From the NCBI RefSeq assembly GCF_006345805.1, contig NC_043003.1:46190001-46254000 (forward strand): a DNA stretch of 64,000 nt, written 5' to 3'. This DNA is from Octopus sinensis. Its lineage: Eukaryota. Position numbers and translations under genes: made by a program. Every line of letters starts with the position of its first letter. Positions within the stretch are counted from its first letter, which is position 1. Under the pieces are notes generated by a model. It was not told the origin of the DNA. It made no database searches and saw nothing but the letters and a program-made list of their open reading frames with translations. Below, one piece after another: positions 1 to 14,205 of the stretch.

Positions 1-279
1 AGTCCAGCATGCTACACTGTTGTGAATTTAGTAAGGCCTGCTCAAAATAAATAATCTAAGTCTAAACGATGAAAGCATCACTAAAACTACAACGCCAAGT
101 GGCCTGCAAGAGGAGTTTTATTATACAGTAGAGTTAAAATTAAGATATAGTAGAATGGTTTATACTATTTGTTAATGGTCTTTTTCTGACCCTAATGAAA
201 TATTATTTTTGAACAGTAAATGATGATATCAATGAAAAAATAAGTATGCAGTTTATATGATAATAATAGAAGAGTTTAA

Positions 280-460
280 GGCGGCGAGGTGGTAGAATCG
301 TAAGCAGGCCGAATAAAATACTTTGTGGGAATTTCGTCCGTTCTTTACATATTGAGGTTAAATACCGCCAAAATCCCATTTTGTAGCCATGTCCCTTCTA
401 GGTCAGTAAAATGGAGACTGAGTTCTATATAATCGACTTACTACATCCCTCAATATTACT
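280..460 (+). mobile_element. Degraded SINE family B
   Basis: ggcggcgaggtggtagaatcgtaagc head; another old copy at about 9665-9820. Confidence 0.55.
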
Positions 461-1249
461 GGCTTTGTACCAAACTTTTTTTACCAATTTTCGAACAGTT
501 TATCAATGAGCAATTATAAAAGGTTATAGTGTTTAACACCTTGCACGATATCACATTGTCTCTGGTGCAGCATCAATACAATTGGGCAATGTTTCAAGAA
601 AATTATTACAGTAACCAACTGCTACCTCCTATGTGACTACCATCGGTGTATTCCATTTTAAAATCGCAATGGATGAAAACTTATAAGCTGACATTTTCTA
701 TTTATTATGTGATTCTATCATGGAAGGTTAATGAGATTATCCATGTTAAATCCAGTATTATTGCTAGTTCTAAGCCGGTTTTCTAAGCCAGTTTGTAAAA
801 TGGCACTGTACGCGATCGTGTTGGAATATAGCACAATTATGGTTTATCATATAAGTAAGTGAAATCTACTTCAGAATAACCCGATAAGTTTAATTATTCT
901 TTATGGTATTATCTTGAAAAGAAAAAAACAGTTCTTGCCTTTTAACATGTGTTCTTCTATAACATAATGGATGAATAGTACTTAACTCTTGCAAGTGTAT
1001 TCCTAGGAATGTATATAGTGTTTGACGAGGAATAATAGGGACATTAGAAGCAAAGTGCTCAATAAATGTTTGGTCACATATTGATTTTAAACCAGTGTCT
1101 GTTAGTTGAAATTTTATGATGCCTGTAAAATTTCCGACAATTCTGGATGTTTTTCTGCAATAATCTTAGATTAATTCGTTAGACATCCTCTTACTGAATT
1201 CTATAAATGATGTATTATTAGGTTAGTACAGCATTTTCCTGCTGCTACA

Positions 1250-1500
1250 ACTTACTTTGGTAGGGCTCCGACAAAGCCATTTCATCAAACATCTCGATTC
1301 ATGATCGTCACCTGCAGTTCATAGATAGAATCCATTCTTGTTCCTGTGTGGTCTATCAGGTTGTCGATAAGTGCCAGACGACGTCTCCTACGCTTTCTGA
1401 TACCATGTTGAGGGACCCAGAGAACAAGTTTTGATACATCTTCTTCCTGGTACCGCATATAATGACCTGATAACCGGAGTCATCTTCTTACGTCTTGTTG
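1250..1500 (-). mobile_element. RTE/RTE-X-type LINE, decayed 3' ORF fragment
   Basis: Minus strand reads VRR*LRLSGHYMRYQEEDVSKLVLWVPQHGIRKRRRRRLALIDNLIDHTG, matching the RTE-type C-terminal pattern LRLAGHxxR...LVLWxPxHG.R. Confidence 0.7.
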
Positions 1501-2106
1501 GTCACTTTTGGAAGGCTCATTGGTCTCATTTGATGTTACAATTCGTACCCACGGTCATTCGTAGCATCCTTGCTGCTAGGAACTGATTCAAGATCAATAT
1601 CTAATATAAATACGTGGTGTGACGAAAGAGTGATGAAACTGTTAGAATATTTAGGGCGCAAAAATTGGCTAATCTGCAAAATTATTTCTCACCACCTCTC
1701 TTGGGAATATAAGAAGTATTCTGAACAGGAATCCAAAACAAAAATTAGTGCTCTTTTCTTTAAAAGACAACTCTATAAATATAAAAAAAAAAGTGTTGAG
1801 GTACCCCGTAAGTAAATAAAACATCTGATAGAATGATGAAATAATATTACTCATATGTAGTAAAAAGTTATTAACTTCGTTACTTAGAAATAACTAGTAA
1901 ATAATTAGGTTTTATCTTTTCATCAAAACATATTTAGGGAAATACTAGATTTTATCTTTGTATTCAGACTTTTGACCAGGCAGAGCATATGTATGAGAGT
2001 GCGAATATAAATACATCTGTGACTGCATAGACAAGCCAGTATATCGAAATACAAAGATAGAGAATCACACACCAATAGACACACTCTCTCAGAGACACGT
2101 ATGTTC

Positions 2107-2159
<53 letters not shown>

Positions 2160-2590
2160 TTTATATATAGAGGGCATTATACATACATGCCAGGAGGCAT
2201 TCTACATACACGCCATACGCTAAGAGGGACAATCAGTCATTCTACCAAAAATATTACTAATCCCACCGAATGCAATTTTTCAAAGAAAGACATTTAAAAA
2301 TATATAGACCTGTATCACAGTGATTTCATACTTACGTAATCATCAGCAGGCCTGAATATACTATATTTATCTATACGCACACGCAGGGCATATACACTTT
2401 ACAACAAGATCCACTCATACATATATAACAGCTCCTTTTATGACGGCATATATGTGTATATACAAATAGCATACATATATAAATGGGACCAGACACACAC
2501 ACGCACATATAATCACATACATATACAAACACGTGCGTGTTTATACATGCAAAATATGCATACGTCCATATATAGATATGCGTTGTGATT

Positions 2591-2775
<185 letters not shown>

Positions 2776-3297
2776 ATTCTGTATACATCTGAAGGCACAT
2801 GATGACCATATTTGACGGCATTTATGACACGTTGCTGGGTTTAAACAAGACTTGATATTTCTGAATCACGAGACATTTACTAGCCACTTTCCCTCTCCCC
2901 ATCTTCCTTTCACCTCTCTCCTCTCCGTTTCTCACTGCATCCCTTCCCCCACTCTCTCGTACCGCCATTATATTCTTGCTACATTTACTTATATCTGAGA
3001 ATATATTTTAATGGCCACTTTTCAATCTCTGTGTTTTCATAGAATTTATGTTGTCATAAATATATTTTCTCTAATAGATAAATTTGCACTTTGCTTAGGC
3101 GTTCACCGATATCTTTGCGACTTTGCGAGTAATTCAATGGTAGGAATCTATTGTGGTCGGCCACGTTAAAAGATTCTCTGATTGGGAAAATTCTTGCTCG
3201 TAAAGTCGTCAAGAGTTTTGTGCTGGCGAAACTGAGTAAAATTAATAGACGAACACAAGGTAATAAACGGAGGGCTCTTTATTTCTCTTTCTGTCCC

Positions 3298-3335
<38 letters not shown>

Positions 3336-3409
3336 CCTCTTAATCTTTTTCTTTCTCTTTCTCTGTCTTCCTCTCCGATTTTATCTCTTCTCCCCTCATT
3401 TTACACACA

Positions 3410-3416
3410 TATCTAA

Positions 3417-3471
<55 letters not shown>

Positions 3472-3642
3472 CTATCTATCTATCTATCTATCTATCTGTC
3501 TATCTGTCTGTCTGTCTATCTAACTATTTATCTATCAATCTACCTATCTATCTATCAATCGATCTATCTATCTATATATCTATCCATCCATCCCTCCATC
3601 TATATGTCCATCAATCAATCTATCTATCTATCTATCTATCTA

Positions 3643-3711
<69 letters not shown>

Positions 3712-3840
3712 ATCTGTCTGTCTATCTAACTATTTATCTATCAATCTACCTATCTATCTATCGATCTATCTATCTATATATCTATCCATCCATCCCTCCA
3801 TCTATACATCCATCAATCTATCTATCTATCTATCTATCTT

Positions 3841-3912
<72 letters not shown>

Positions 3913-3990
3913 CTTTCTATCTATCTATCGAACTATATATCTATCCATCCATCTATCTATTTGTCTATCAATCTGTCTATCCATCTATCT
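3410..3990. repeat. (TCTA)n microsatellite with ~205-bp higher-order duplication
   Basis: Variant blocks ctaactattta and catccctccatc recur at an offset of about 205 bp. Confidence 0.92.
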
Positions 3991-4453
3991 ACCTATATAT
4001 CTATTGGTCTGTATGTTTCTCTCTCCTGTGGTGTATTTGTCTATTTCTCAGTGTCTCACATTCGGTATTGATTTCTTTGTCTTCTTCACTATATGTATAT
4101 TTCTATGTATATCTTTCAACTTCTTTATATCTCTCTTTCTCTCTATATATATCTCTCTTTTATTCTCATTCAATCTCTGTCTCCCCTGCACTCTTCTCTC
4201 TACTTCTCCTTTATCCCTCACCTCTTTTTCCTTTCTCGCTCTCCCCCCTCTCTCTCTCCTTTCTCTCCCCACCACATGCACACACATGAACATACAAGCG
4301 ATTCATTTTGACTCCGTCTACATATATTTCACCAGAATTGTATTTGTATATCCTGGACATTTAAGGCATTATTATTGAGACAGAAACGTCACTATGCATA
4401 AGTATTATACATAAGTTTCTACGCTTATATATATATATATAAATACGCACACA

Positions 4454-4486
<33 letters not shown>

Positions 4487-4507
4487 CACACATATATATA
4501 TGATGGT

Positions 4508-4523
4508 TAGATAGATAGCTAGC

Positions 4524-4607
<84 letters not shown>

Positions 4608-4752
4608 AAGATATGTATAAATAGAGGTAAACGATGTGTTTAAGTTGTTCACTTCACACTCACGCATTTCTAGGTTCGATCCCTCGGCGTTGTACACAAG
4701 CTGTGATCATTCTTGAAGTCATCGCTATTGTTGTCGTTGTCGTCGTTTATCT

Positions 4753-4783
<31 letters not shown>

Positions 4784-4935
4784 GGTGATAATGATGATAG
4801 TGATGATGGTGATGATGATGATGATGATAGTGATGATGGTAATGATGATGATAGTGGTGATGATTATGATTAATGTAATGATGATGATGGTGAATGCTGG
4901 TAATGGTGACGACGGTGACCATGATGACGACTGTA
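4508..4935. repeat. (GATA)n and (GAT/GGT)n simple repeats
   Basis: Direct inspection. Confidence 0.92.
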
Positions 4936-5437
4936 AATGATGGCGATTTTAAAAATAGAATTAAATATGTAAGCAATGAAACGTACGTACGTAAATTTAT
5001 CTGCAGAAATAACGGAATGGCGTTAAAAATTAAGAACAAAAAAAAAATGTTTCAAACATATAATCTCATATTGGAAGGATTAAAGTTTTAAATATTGGAG
5101 ACTGTAGCACTCTACGAATTTATTAATGAACATATGTACAACTGTCTATGAATAAATAGATCAGCTGGGAAGAACTGAGCTATTTTGGTTAGTGATTGAC
5201 AGCGGTATTATTTATAGACGTTTATTGTGGATATAAGTCATTCGAACTGGAAGCACTAATCCTGCTAGGGTGACTGGCTGATTAATGTCAGACGTTCACA
5301 GTATAATTCGAGTGATGTCTTCCAACATGTTCGCCCTCTTTAATAAGGTGCGGTAGCTTTCTATGCATTCATAGAGATGCATTATTTGAAATTTTCTGAG
5401 TGTTCTTCCACTGCATTAGTTTTGTTTTAATTTCGCA

Positions 5438-5513
5438 GTTACGGGGACGTAAACACACCAGCATCGGTTCTCAAGCGATGTTGGGGGGACAAACACAGAC
5501 ACACAAACACATT

Positions 5514-5557
<44 letters not shown>

Positions 5558-5574
5558 ATATATATATATATATA

Positions 5575-5625
<51 letters not shown>

Positions 5626-5758
5626 GACGGGCTTCTTTCAGTTACCGTCTATACCAAATCCACTCACAAGGCTTCTTCGAACCGAGGCTATTGTAGAAGG
5701 CACTTGCCCAAGGTGCCACGCAGTGGGAATGAACCCCGAACCATGTGATTGGTAAGCA
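5438..5758 (-). mobile_element. SINE family A, partial
   Basis: cacttgcccaaggtgccacgcagtggg; internal (CATA)n(TA)n. Confidence 0.82.
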
Positions 5759-6074
5759 TGTATTTTTTTTTTTTTTTTTTTTTTTACAAACATATAATCA
5801 TTATTTTAGCGAACTGAAAATAAAATAGAAACAATTCATAAACAACTTTAACCGATTTACGAACTTTATACGGTTCTAATCAGAGGTGTCTACATCATCC
5901 TGACAGTTTCCAGAAGAACGAGCAGCTAAATTATTTATATACTCACCAAATGCAGCAGTTACTCAATGAAGGAGTCTCTAATTTGCATAACGAAAGTGTT
6001 TCACACACTATGCATACAAGTGGCCTGTGAACCGGGATCTTAGTCCAGACACAAAACCACACGCACATATGATT

Positions 6075-9045
6075 TTGATTTTGACTTTGATTTTTCCAGT
6101 TTCACCTTATGAGCTGTGGCCATGCTGGGGCACCGCCATTTGGTGTTGCTACTTGGTTTCACTTCATGAAGGCTTTCTAGCAGCTGCTATTTGGTGCATG
6201 AGAGAGTTCGATGCAGCTGCCCTCATCTGCCCCTCCTGCCGTGAAGTTGGTTCATCTGGGACACCTGACAGGAAGAGATCAGCTCATTTTAAAGACATCT
6301 GTATCCACCCCATGCAGGTCTTTCAGGTTCTTTGGGAGGATATTGAAGAGCTGTGGGCCTCGGAAGCCCAGGCTATCACATAATCTTGTCCTACATCTTG
6401 ATGGCAAGTTTGGAGTCCTAGCACCACGCAGTGACGCCCAGTTCTGGCATTTGCGTAACTCTCGATGCCAAAGTTCAGGACACTTCCCTCCAGGATCTTC
6501 CAGATGTATATTATGGCATATCTTTCCCGCCTACGCTCCAGGGAATATAATTTTATTTCCTGAGTCTTTCCCAGTAGCTTACATTCTGCATAGAGGCTAT
6601 CTTCTTCGTGTAGCTACGTTGGATCGCCTCGAGCTCTGTGATCAACTTGACACTGGATGGTGACCATAACTGAGAGCAGTAGTCAAAGTGGCTTAGGACA
6701 AGTGTCCTCCAGAGGACCATCATGTTTCTTGTTCTCTTGTTCTAAAGGTTCTGAGGATCCATCCGCCAGTCGTCTACATTTCATTGCCAATTTAGCAACA
6801 TGTACACGAAAGGTCGCGTCATCACTCATGTAAATACCTAGGTCACGCACTGATTGTGCCTCTGGGATTGCTATTCCTCCGGGTCCAGTGTATTCATTGG
6901 GTATTGCATTTAGTTTTGCATGCTGATAGTATGGAGCTTGAAACTTTTCAGCATTGAACTGCATGCTATTCTTTTCGGCCCACTTGTATATTTTGTCTAG
7001 CTCACATTGCAGGTGTTTAGTGTCCTCAGGGTTCTGTATTGCCTGTGAAACTTTTGTATCATCTGCATAACTTGTGATCGTGGCTCTCTGCGTGGCTGAG
7101 GGCATGTCTGAGAGGGCCATTATGAACAGTAGTGGTCCCAGAACAGTGCCCTGCGGAACACCGCTCACTATTCTTTTCAGAAAGTCATGAAGCCATTCTC
7201 CCAGTTTTCCAACTATGTTGAGATCACGCAGTTTGTGACATATCATTCCATGATCGACTTTATCAAAGGCCTTTGCAAAGTCGAGATATATCACTTCCAC
7301 ATTTGAGTGGTTGAAGCAGCCGTTTCAGCACCCAGTCATAGTGTTAAACAGCTTCTCCCTGGTCGGAAACCATGTTGGGTGTCGGGCAGCAAGTATTTCT
7401 TCAAGGAAGGTGATCAGCTTCCTTCTGACTATTCGTTCCATGACCTTGCTGATGTGTGAGGTCAGAGAGATAGGTCTATAGTTCTTGGCTTCCGCTCTGC
7501 TACCTCCTTTATGAATGGGGCATATTTTACCTTCCTTCAGTTTTCTTGGAAGTTTGCCAGCTGCAAGGAAGCTCTGAAAGAGGAACTGCAGTGGTCTTGC
7601 TAGGACTCTCTTACATGCTTTTAGGAGGATTGCCGGGAATCCATCGGGCCAGTACTGAGTCTGTTTTCATTTCATCTATAGCCTTGATTACATCTTCTTC
7701 CTTTATATCGATGTAATCTATCGTCGCCGCCTCTGATTTTATATCTGCAGTGGTAAAAAAGTCAGTTGGATTGGTGATTTGGAGATGCCCAAGGGGTGGA
7801 GTGAAAACACTCTTGAATTGCTCATTCAGTATTTCACTTACCCTCATTGTTTTCCTGTAAGTGTGCCATCCTTTTCGAGGAGTGGCCCTATTCTACAGTG
7901 CACCGTAGCTGTTTCTTGGCATACCTGTAGAAAGCTCTGGGGTTAGATTTTATGTTGTCTGTAGCCCAGGCTTCTTTGTCTGCTCTTTCCTTTTCATGGG
8001 AGATTTCAGACATTTTTCGATTTCCAACAGTTTTATTTTTAGGCGGGACTTTCACTGCTTTCAATCTGTTAGTTTAGGCGATTTGAAAATTTTGTACGCC
8101 GTCTCATTAGAATTTTCCTCTCTCTGGGGATTTTGTTCTTGTGTACAGTGGCCTTTCTCTCTGGACATATTGTAGCATATGGCTTGCATTACAGACATGA
8201 ATTGTTGAAGTTTCACGTCGATGTCTGGCGAGGAGAGACATTTAGGCCAGTTTTTTGAGGATCTCTTTCTCAATTTGTTTCCAGTTTGCCTTATGGTAGT
8301 TCAAGCTGGAAAGATTCTGGGGGTTTCTTGTAGGCTGCATGTCCGTGCTCTCTTTCGGCCCGTACATGGTCAGCTCTATCATGTTGTGATCCGAGAGTAG
8401 TGTCGGTTGTCACTTTCACATTATGGATGAGATCCATGTCATTTGTGAAGCAGAGATCCAGTGTGTTACCTGCCCTGGTTTGTTGGAGTATTACCTGCTC
8501 CATGTACAGGGTGTTGATGAGGTCAGGAGGGACCTCGCCTGTCCTCGTTCACATCTTGTCATTCCTGGGAGAGAAAGGCCCTCGGGCCATCTGACATTTG
8601 GCAGATTGAAGTCTCCCATAAGAGTACACTTATGTGTTGTTCTAATGTGGTTAGAACTTCTATTTTTATAAGGCAGTCTTCAAACTTGCCCACATGGCTT
8701 GGGGCATCTGTAGCACCCACAACTACATCAAGTTGCCTATATGTACAATTAGTGTGTCACACACCGAGTTTGAGTATGACAAGAGGACCTGGGTGTGAGG
8801 TCCTCACGGATGTACATAGCAACACCTCCATGACTCCTTTCTTTCCTGTCGGTCCGTAGTACAGCATACTGTGGTATGTGTAACTCCGCATCTGCTATAT
8901 CCGGTTTCAGGTGCGTTTCCGTTAGTGCTATGCATAAGGCTTGATTGCATGCAACAAAATCTCTCAGGAACGGGATTTTTGTCCTGTTACAGAGTGTTTG
9001 CAGTCCTCTGAGTGTTTGCAGTCCTCTGCAGTCCTCTGATGTATA
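6075..9045 (-). mobile_element. CR1/L2-group LINE, near-complete ORF2 (APE endonuclease + RT), frameshifted
   Basis: Endonuclease motifs ALTETHL, GGVAMY, MGDFNLP, NTLDLCFTN and SDH; RT motifs [32 protein letters not shown] and VRDLGI. 3' tail ends in GGCGGTGCCCCAGCATGGCCACAG plus TCAAAA-like repeats. Antisense within the presumed HS3ST intron. Confidence 0.93.
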
Positions 9046-9123
<78 letters not shown>

Positions 9124-9205
9124 CATATTTATATAAATAAGGATAAGATCGATATTTAAATACCAATCTTATCGGGTGGCCAGCATGGGATTAAAAACCT
9201 TTGAA

Positions 9206-9240
<35 letters not shown>

Positions 9241-9295
9241 ATATGTATATGATATATATATGTGTATATATATATATTATATATATATATATATA

Positions 9296-9343
<48 letters not shown>

Positions 9344-9600
9344 ATACATACATGTGTGTGTGCTATATATGATATCCACATTCTTTCAAAGAATCATGCT
9401 CAGCAACAATTCTCCAAATTCGTATGAGATGTATATTTATTTATCTATCTATCTATCTATCTAACTATCTATCTACCTATTTATGTATCTATCTATATAC
9501 GCACACGCACGCGCACAAACATGCAAACACACACATACACATATAGATATAGATACATATATCGAGGTAGATAGATAGATAAATATAGACGTGGATATTG

Positions 9601-9633
<33 letters not shown>

Positions 9634-10767
9634 CGTGTATGTATGTATGTATTTTCATATGCATGTATATATTTCCCCGTCTTAACGATCTGTGCCCAGA
9701 TTCCGTCGAGGTTGACCTTGCTTTTCATCATTTTTAGGTCGCTAAAATAAGTTTTAGTTCATCACTGGGAGAAATGTTATAGACTTTACTTTCTCCCGAA
9801 ATTGCTAACCTTGTGGTAAAATTTGAATCCATTTTTATTACTATTACTATTATTATCATAATTATTATTATTATCATCATCATCAGTAGTAGTAGTAGTA
9901 GTAGTAGTAGTATAGTAGTAGTAGTAGCAGCATCAGCAGCATTTCGATGTAGTGTTATATCATTGTGTGTAGAATTCGTTGTATTGCTCGATAAAATAAC
10001 CAGAAGATTAATACATAAAGAGGAGAGAGAGAGAGAGAGAATCAGAAAGAAATTAAGAAAGAATGAGAGAGAGAAGGAATGAATGAGAGAAAGAAAGAGG
10101 GAGATAGAGAAAGAGAGGGGTACGGAGAGAGACAGCTGGCGCAATTATCTCTATATCTTGGCATCGTAATTTTACTGTACCCCGGGTTAAACAAATATAT
10201 CTACTGACCACTATCATGGCAGAGAGGGGCAGGGAAGCAGAATGAAGCATTGTCATGAAAGTGTCTTCAGTTACCCATATATAAATCAATGTCTTCTCTT
10301 ATGAACCAGACACCCTCACTTGCGTAACCGAATACTTCTTTGACCGTTTCCAAACTGCGTGTAAGAGTACAAATGTTATTGTTTTATTCTTAATATGTAC
10401 GCAACAAACCCTATTACTCGCTTTTTTGGTTTCTTTTGTGTTCTTAAAGTTTCTTCTTCTTTCGATTTATCTATGTTGGTCGTATGTAATAGCATTTATT
10501 ATCATCTAGTTATTCTGTCTATCTCAGACATTGAAGGGTATTGTTTTTCTTTCCCGTCGATGTAATAGTGTAATCTTATGTAATAAATGTCCCATCTCTC
10601 AGTAAAATACATACATTATATATATATGTATGTATGTATATGTGTCTGTGTATGTATATACACACACACATATATATATATATATATACATATTTGTTTG
10701 TCTATATACATATATATATATATCCGTGTGTATATACATAAATATATATATATAGAGAGAGAGAGAA

Positions 10768-10800
<33 letters not shown>

Positions 10801-11438
10801 CAGATGTATGTACGTATGTATATACATATGTATGGCTAGTATGAATGTATGTACATATGTATATACACACTGACAAAAAATCGTATCAAAATATATCCCT
10901 TCGCAAGGTAATAAACTTAACTACTTTTGCCCTTCCATAGAATTCATGACGTAATCTTATGTTATAAAATCAGTTAATCCATTTTCGTTCTCCTTCCATA
11001 CGTGTAATTATTCAATCGTTTCAAATGTTGTAAAAGTCTTACATAAGAAAATCTGTCCACTGGCTTTGTATGTGCTTGTGCTCGTAATTGTATATGTGTA
11101 TATGTGTGTTTTGGCCGAGCGCGTGTATTTGAGTATGATGCTATCGTCTTTAAAGAATTTCCCTTTTATGCTCCTGTTAATTTTCTTTTTTGTTTTTTTA
11201 TTATTTATTTTTGCAAAGGTACACGTATGTTTGGTGGGTAGATAAACGCGTGTGACGCAAAGAGGAAAGTAAGCATGTTGATATCTATGAACGTGTATAT
11301 ATATATATGTGTGTGTATATATATATATATATATAGCTATACATACATATATATATACATATATATATAATACATGTATATATATATACAGACATATATA
11401 TGTACATATATATATATATATGTACATATATATATATA

Positions 11439-11494
<56 letters not shown>

Positions 11495-12107
11495 ATATAT
11501 ATACATACATATACATGTCTGTGATGTACACGTATATGTAATATATGATGAGCGTGTTTATGTCATACAACTGACGCCATATGCCCTTGATATGCAATAA
11601 ACGATATATGCTGCACCCTTTAAGGGCGTCTTCCGTCCATAAGTGGTCATTATCTTGACACTGACCCCACAAGTCTACCCTGATTACATCTATCAATCTT
11701 TGGAAAAAGATTTTATACACGTTTTTGTGTGATGTTTTAGGAGAATGACTCGTTTTACAGCGGGTACGTTGCATTAGGTTTTTTTTATATCTGTCGGATG
11801 AGACAGATAAACTGTTCCCAGTCGCAAGCTTTCTTAATATTCAAACGCAGTGAAACTCTTCCTTGTCTTTTTGAACCGTTCCTTTGGTAACGAAAATCTG
11901 ACCAAGGGAAATAAACAAATATTATTGTCAGTAATGCGATAAAACTAAACAACAAATATCCTATGCTTGGCACTCCAATAGGAACACAGGAATAAACAAG
12001 GAGAGAAAACAGAAAAAATGTATATTGGCTAGCGATCTATCATAGCGAATGCCGGACAGAGGGGTCATACCCGAGAGCCAGGAAGAAGGGGAGATAATAA
12101 AGTGCAT

Positions 12108-12186
<79 letters not shown>

Positions 12187-13079
12187 ATATATATATGCAT
12201 ACGTATATACGTATTGATAATGAGACATTTCTAATAAACATGTGTGTGTGTGTGTCTGTGTGTGTAACTGTGTGTTTGTGTGCGTTTATTAGAAAAATAG
12301 TATCAAAATCCTAAAATGAAAGATAAAGTATAACAGTAATACTGATCATTTGTCAAGTAATACCTATTTTAATTCCCCCGAGTGATCCAGACACTTAACA
12401 TTATGAACAACAGGATCATACTGCAACTATCTGAAATCTTTAATCTATGCCAGTCAACGCAAGAACTGGGTGGAGGACATAATAAATGAAGTTAGAAGGT
12501 GGTTGGAAGCTGTGGTAAAGAGGTGAGACAGAGGGATAGAGATACAAGAAGACGGGGTGAACATTAATCAGCTCAACTAACCTCAGCTAATCTGGGTTGG
12601 TAACTAGTTTATATTAATGCCTAAGACTTTTAAATCCCTAGCTGAAAGCGCGTGTGCGTTTGTGTGTGTGCCTGTGAATACTTTCATCTTGTAAATTCAT
12701 GAGGGAGTTACTTAGCCACAGGAGTATTGTGTTTCCCTTCACAAGCTGAAATTTAAAAAATTCAGAGTAAAGTATATCCCCAATAAAATTATCAGCAACA
12801 AATAAAATCGTTTGTGTGGTGTGTGTGCGTGTGTATGTATGTACGTGTGATTGTATTATGTATATAAATTATTCTATTATTCATTTTAATACGTGTATAA
12901 AAATTTGTATTATCCATTTTATTACGTATATGAAATTTGTATTACCTATTCTGTGCAGTATTTCTTTATTTAGTTTATTATTAAATCTTCATTTTAACAT
13001 CAAAGTAAATATAGTAAATATATCAACTTGTATGATCAAACCTACTGACATTATTTTTTTCTTTTTCTATATTTTGCAG

Positions 13080-13704
13080 AAGTTTAATGCCAAGATCTGA
13101 AGAAGGTCAACTCACCATCGAGAAAACACCGAGTTATTTTATAACGAAAGATGTTCCTAGAAGAGTGTACCAGTTCTCCAAACATCTCAAGTTGATTGTG
13201 GTAGTGAGGGACCCCGTTACTCGGGCTATATCTGACTACACACAGGTGGCCAGCAAGAAGATGGATTCGCGTAGCTTCGAGGAAATGGTGTTTGTTGATA
13301 ACACCACCCGTATTGTCGACACCCAGTGGAGTCCTGTCCGTATAGGAGTCTATGCTAAACACCTGAAACATTGGCTTCAGTATTTCCCACTGGAACAAAT
13401 GCATTTCGTGAGTGGTGAACGTCTTATTGAAAACCCTGCTGATGAGATGTTGAAAGTGCAACAGTTTTTGGGGCTCAGACCTGTTATAAACCACAAACAT
13501 TTTTACCTGAAATCCAGGAAAGGATTTCCTTGTATCCTTAAACCTAACAGACAAAAAGGTAGCCACCCTCACTGCTTAGGTGAAACTAAAGGGCGTATTC
13601 ACCCCATGATTGATCCTTCGGTGATACGGAGGCTTAGGGATTTTTATAAGCCCTTCAATATAAAATTTTATCGCATGGTTAATCAAGATTTTGGATGGGT
13701 ATGA
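13080..13704 (+). CDS. HS3ST: Terminal coding exon of heparan sulfate glucosamine 3-O-sulfotransferase (HS3ST2/3/4/6-type, Hs3st-B-like)
   Basis: Polypyrimidine tract plus ttttgcAG acceptor ending at 13079. Exon reads (R)SLMPRSEEGQLTIEKTPSYF...VVVRDPVTRAISDYTQ (3'-PAPS-binding motif)...KGFPC...HCLGETKGRIHP...FYKPFNIKFYRMVNQDFGWV*. The phase-2 intron in the Arg codon before xLMP matches vertebrate HS3ST3-type genes. The 5'-PSB motif exon was not found in the window. Confidence 0.96.
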
Positions 13705-13791
13705 AATGTCTAAATATATGATTTATAGAGTGAAAAAAATATAAGCGAATTTTTTAAACACAAATTTACAGCTTCTTCCATACAAATAAGA

Positions 13792-13797
13792 AATAAA
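13792..13797 (+). promoter_or_regulatory. Candidate polyadenylation signal for HS3ST
   Basis: AATAAA about 90 nt after the stop codon; AT-rich context makes a chance match possible. Confidence 0.35.
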
Positions 13798-14205
13798 GTA
13801 AATTTTTAACAATGGCTTCTAAATTTCTCGTTTATATCTTCTGTTTGTCGTTTTTCTTTGTATTTTATTGATATAAAGTGATACTGAAAAATAATATTTT
13901 TGGTCACATTAGAATGTGTTCCGAAAATAGAGAAGAGATTCAAGCGAAAACTAGTATAGTAATAAGTATTTTAAAGATTTATGATCAAATCATATGGCTG
14001 TCAACTTTGCTTCCCACTCGTATTCTGTAGTTAACAAATACTGAGTTTAATATACAGCAACAATAACAACAACAAAGCTAACATCATGCCGACATTACTC
14101 GTCGCCCTCACACATACACACACACAAAACCATTCATCCCATATTTTGTGGTCTTAACACCTCAATAAGAAACCAAATATATTCGATAGATATTGATAAG
14201 ACAAT

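Noticed and set aside
6027-6663. Plus-strand ORFs of 118 and 150 aa
   Set aside because: Antisense shadows of the LINE ORF2.
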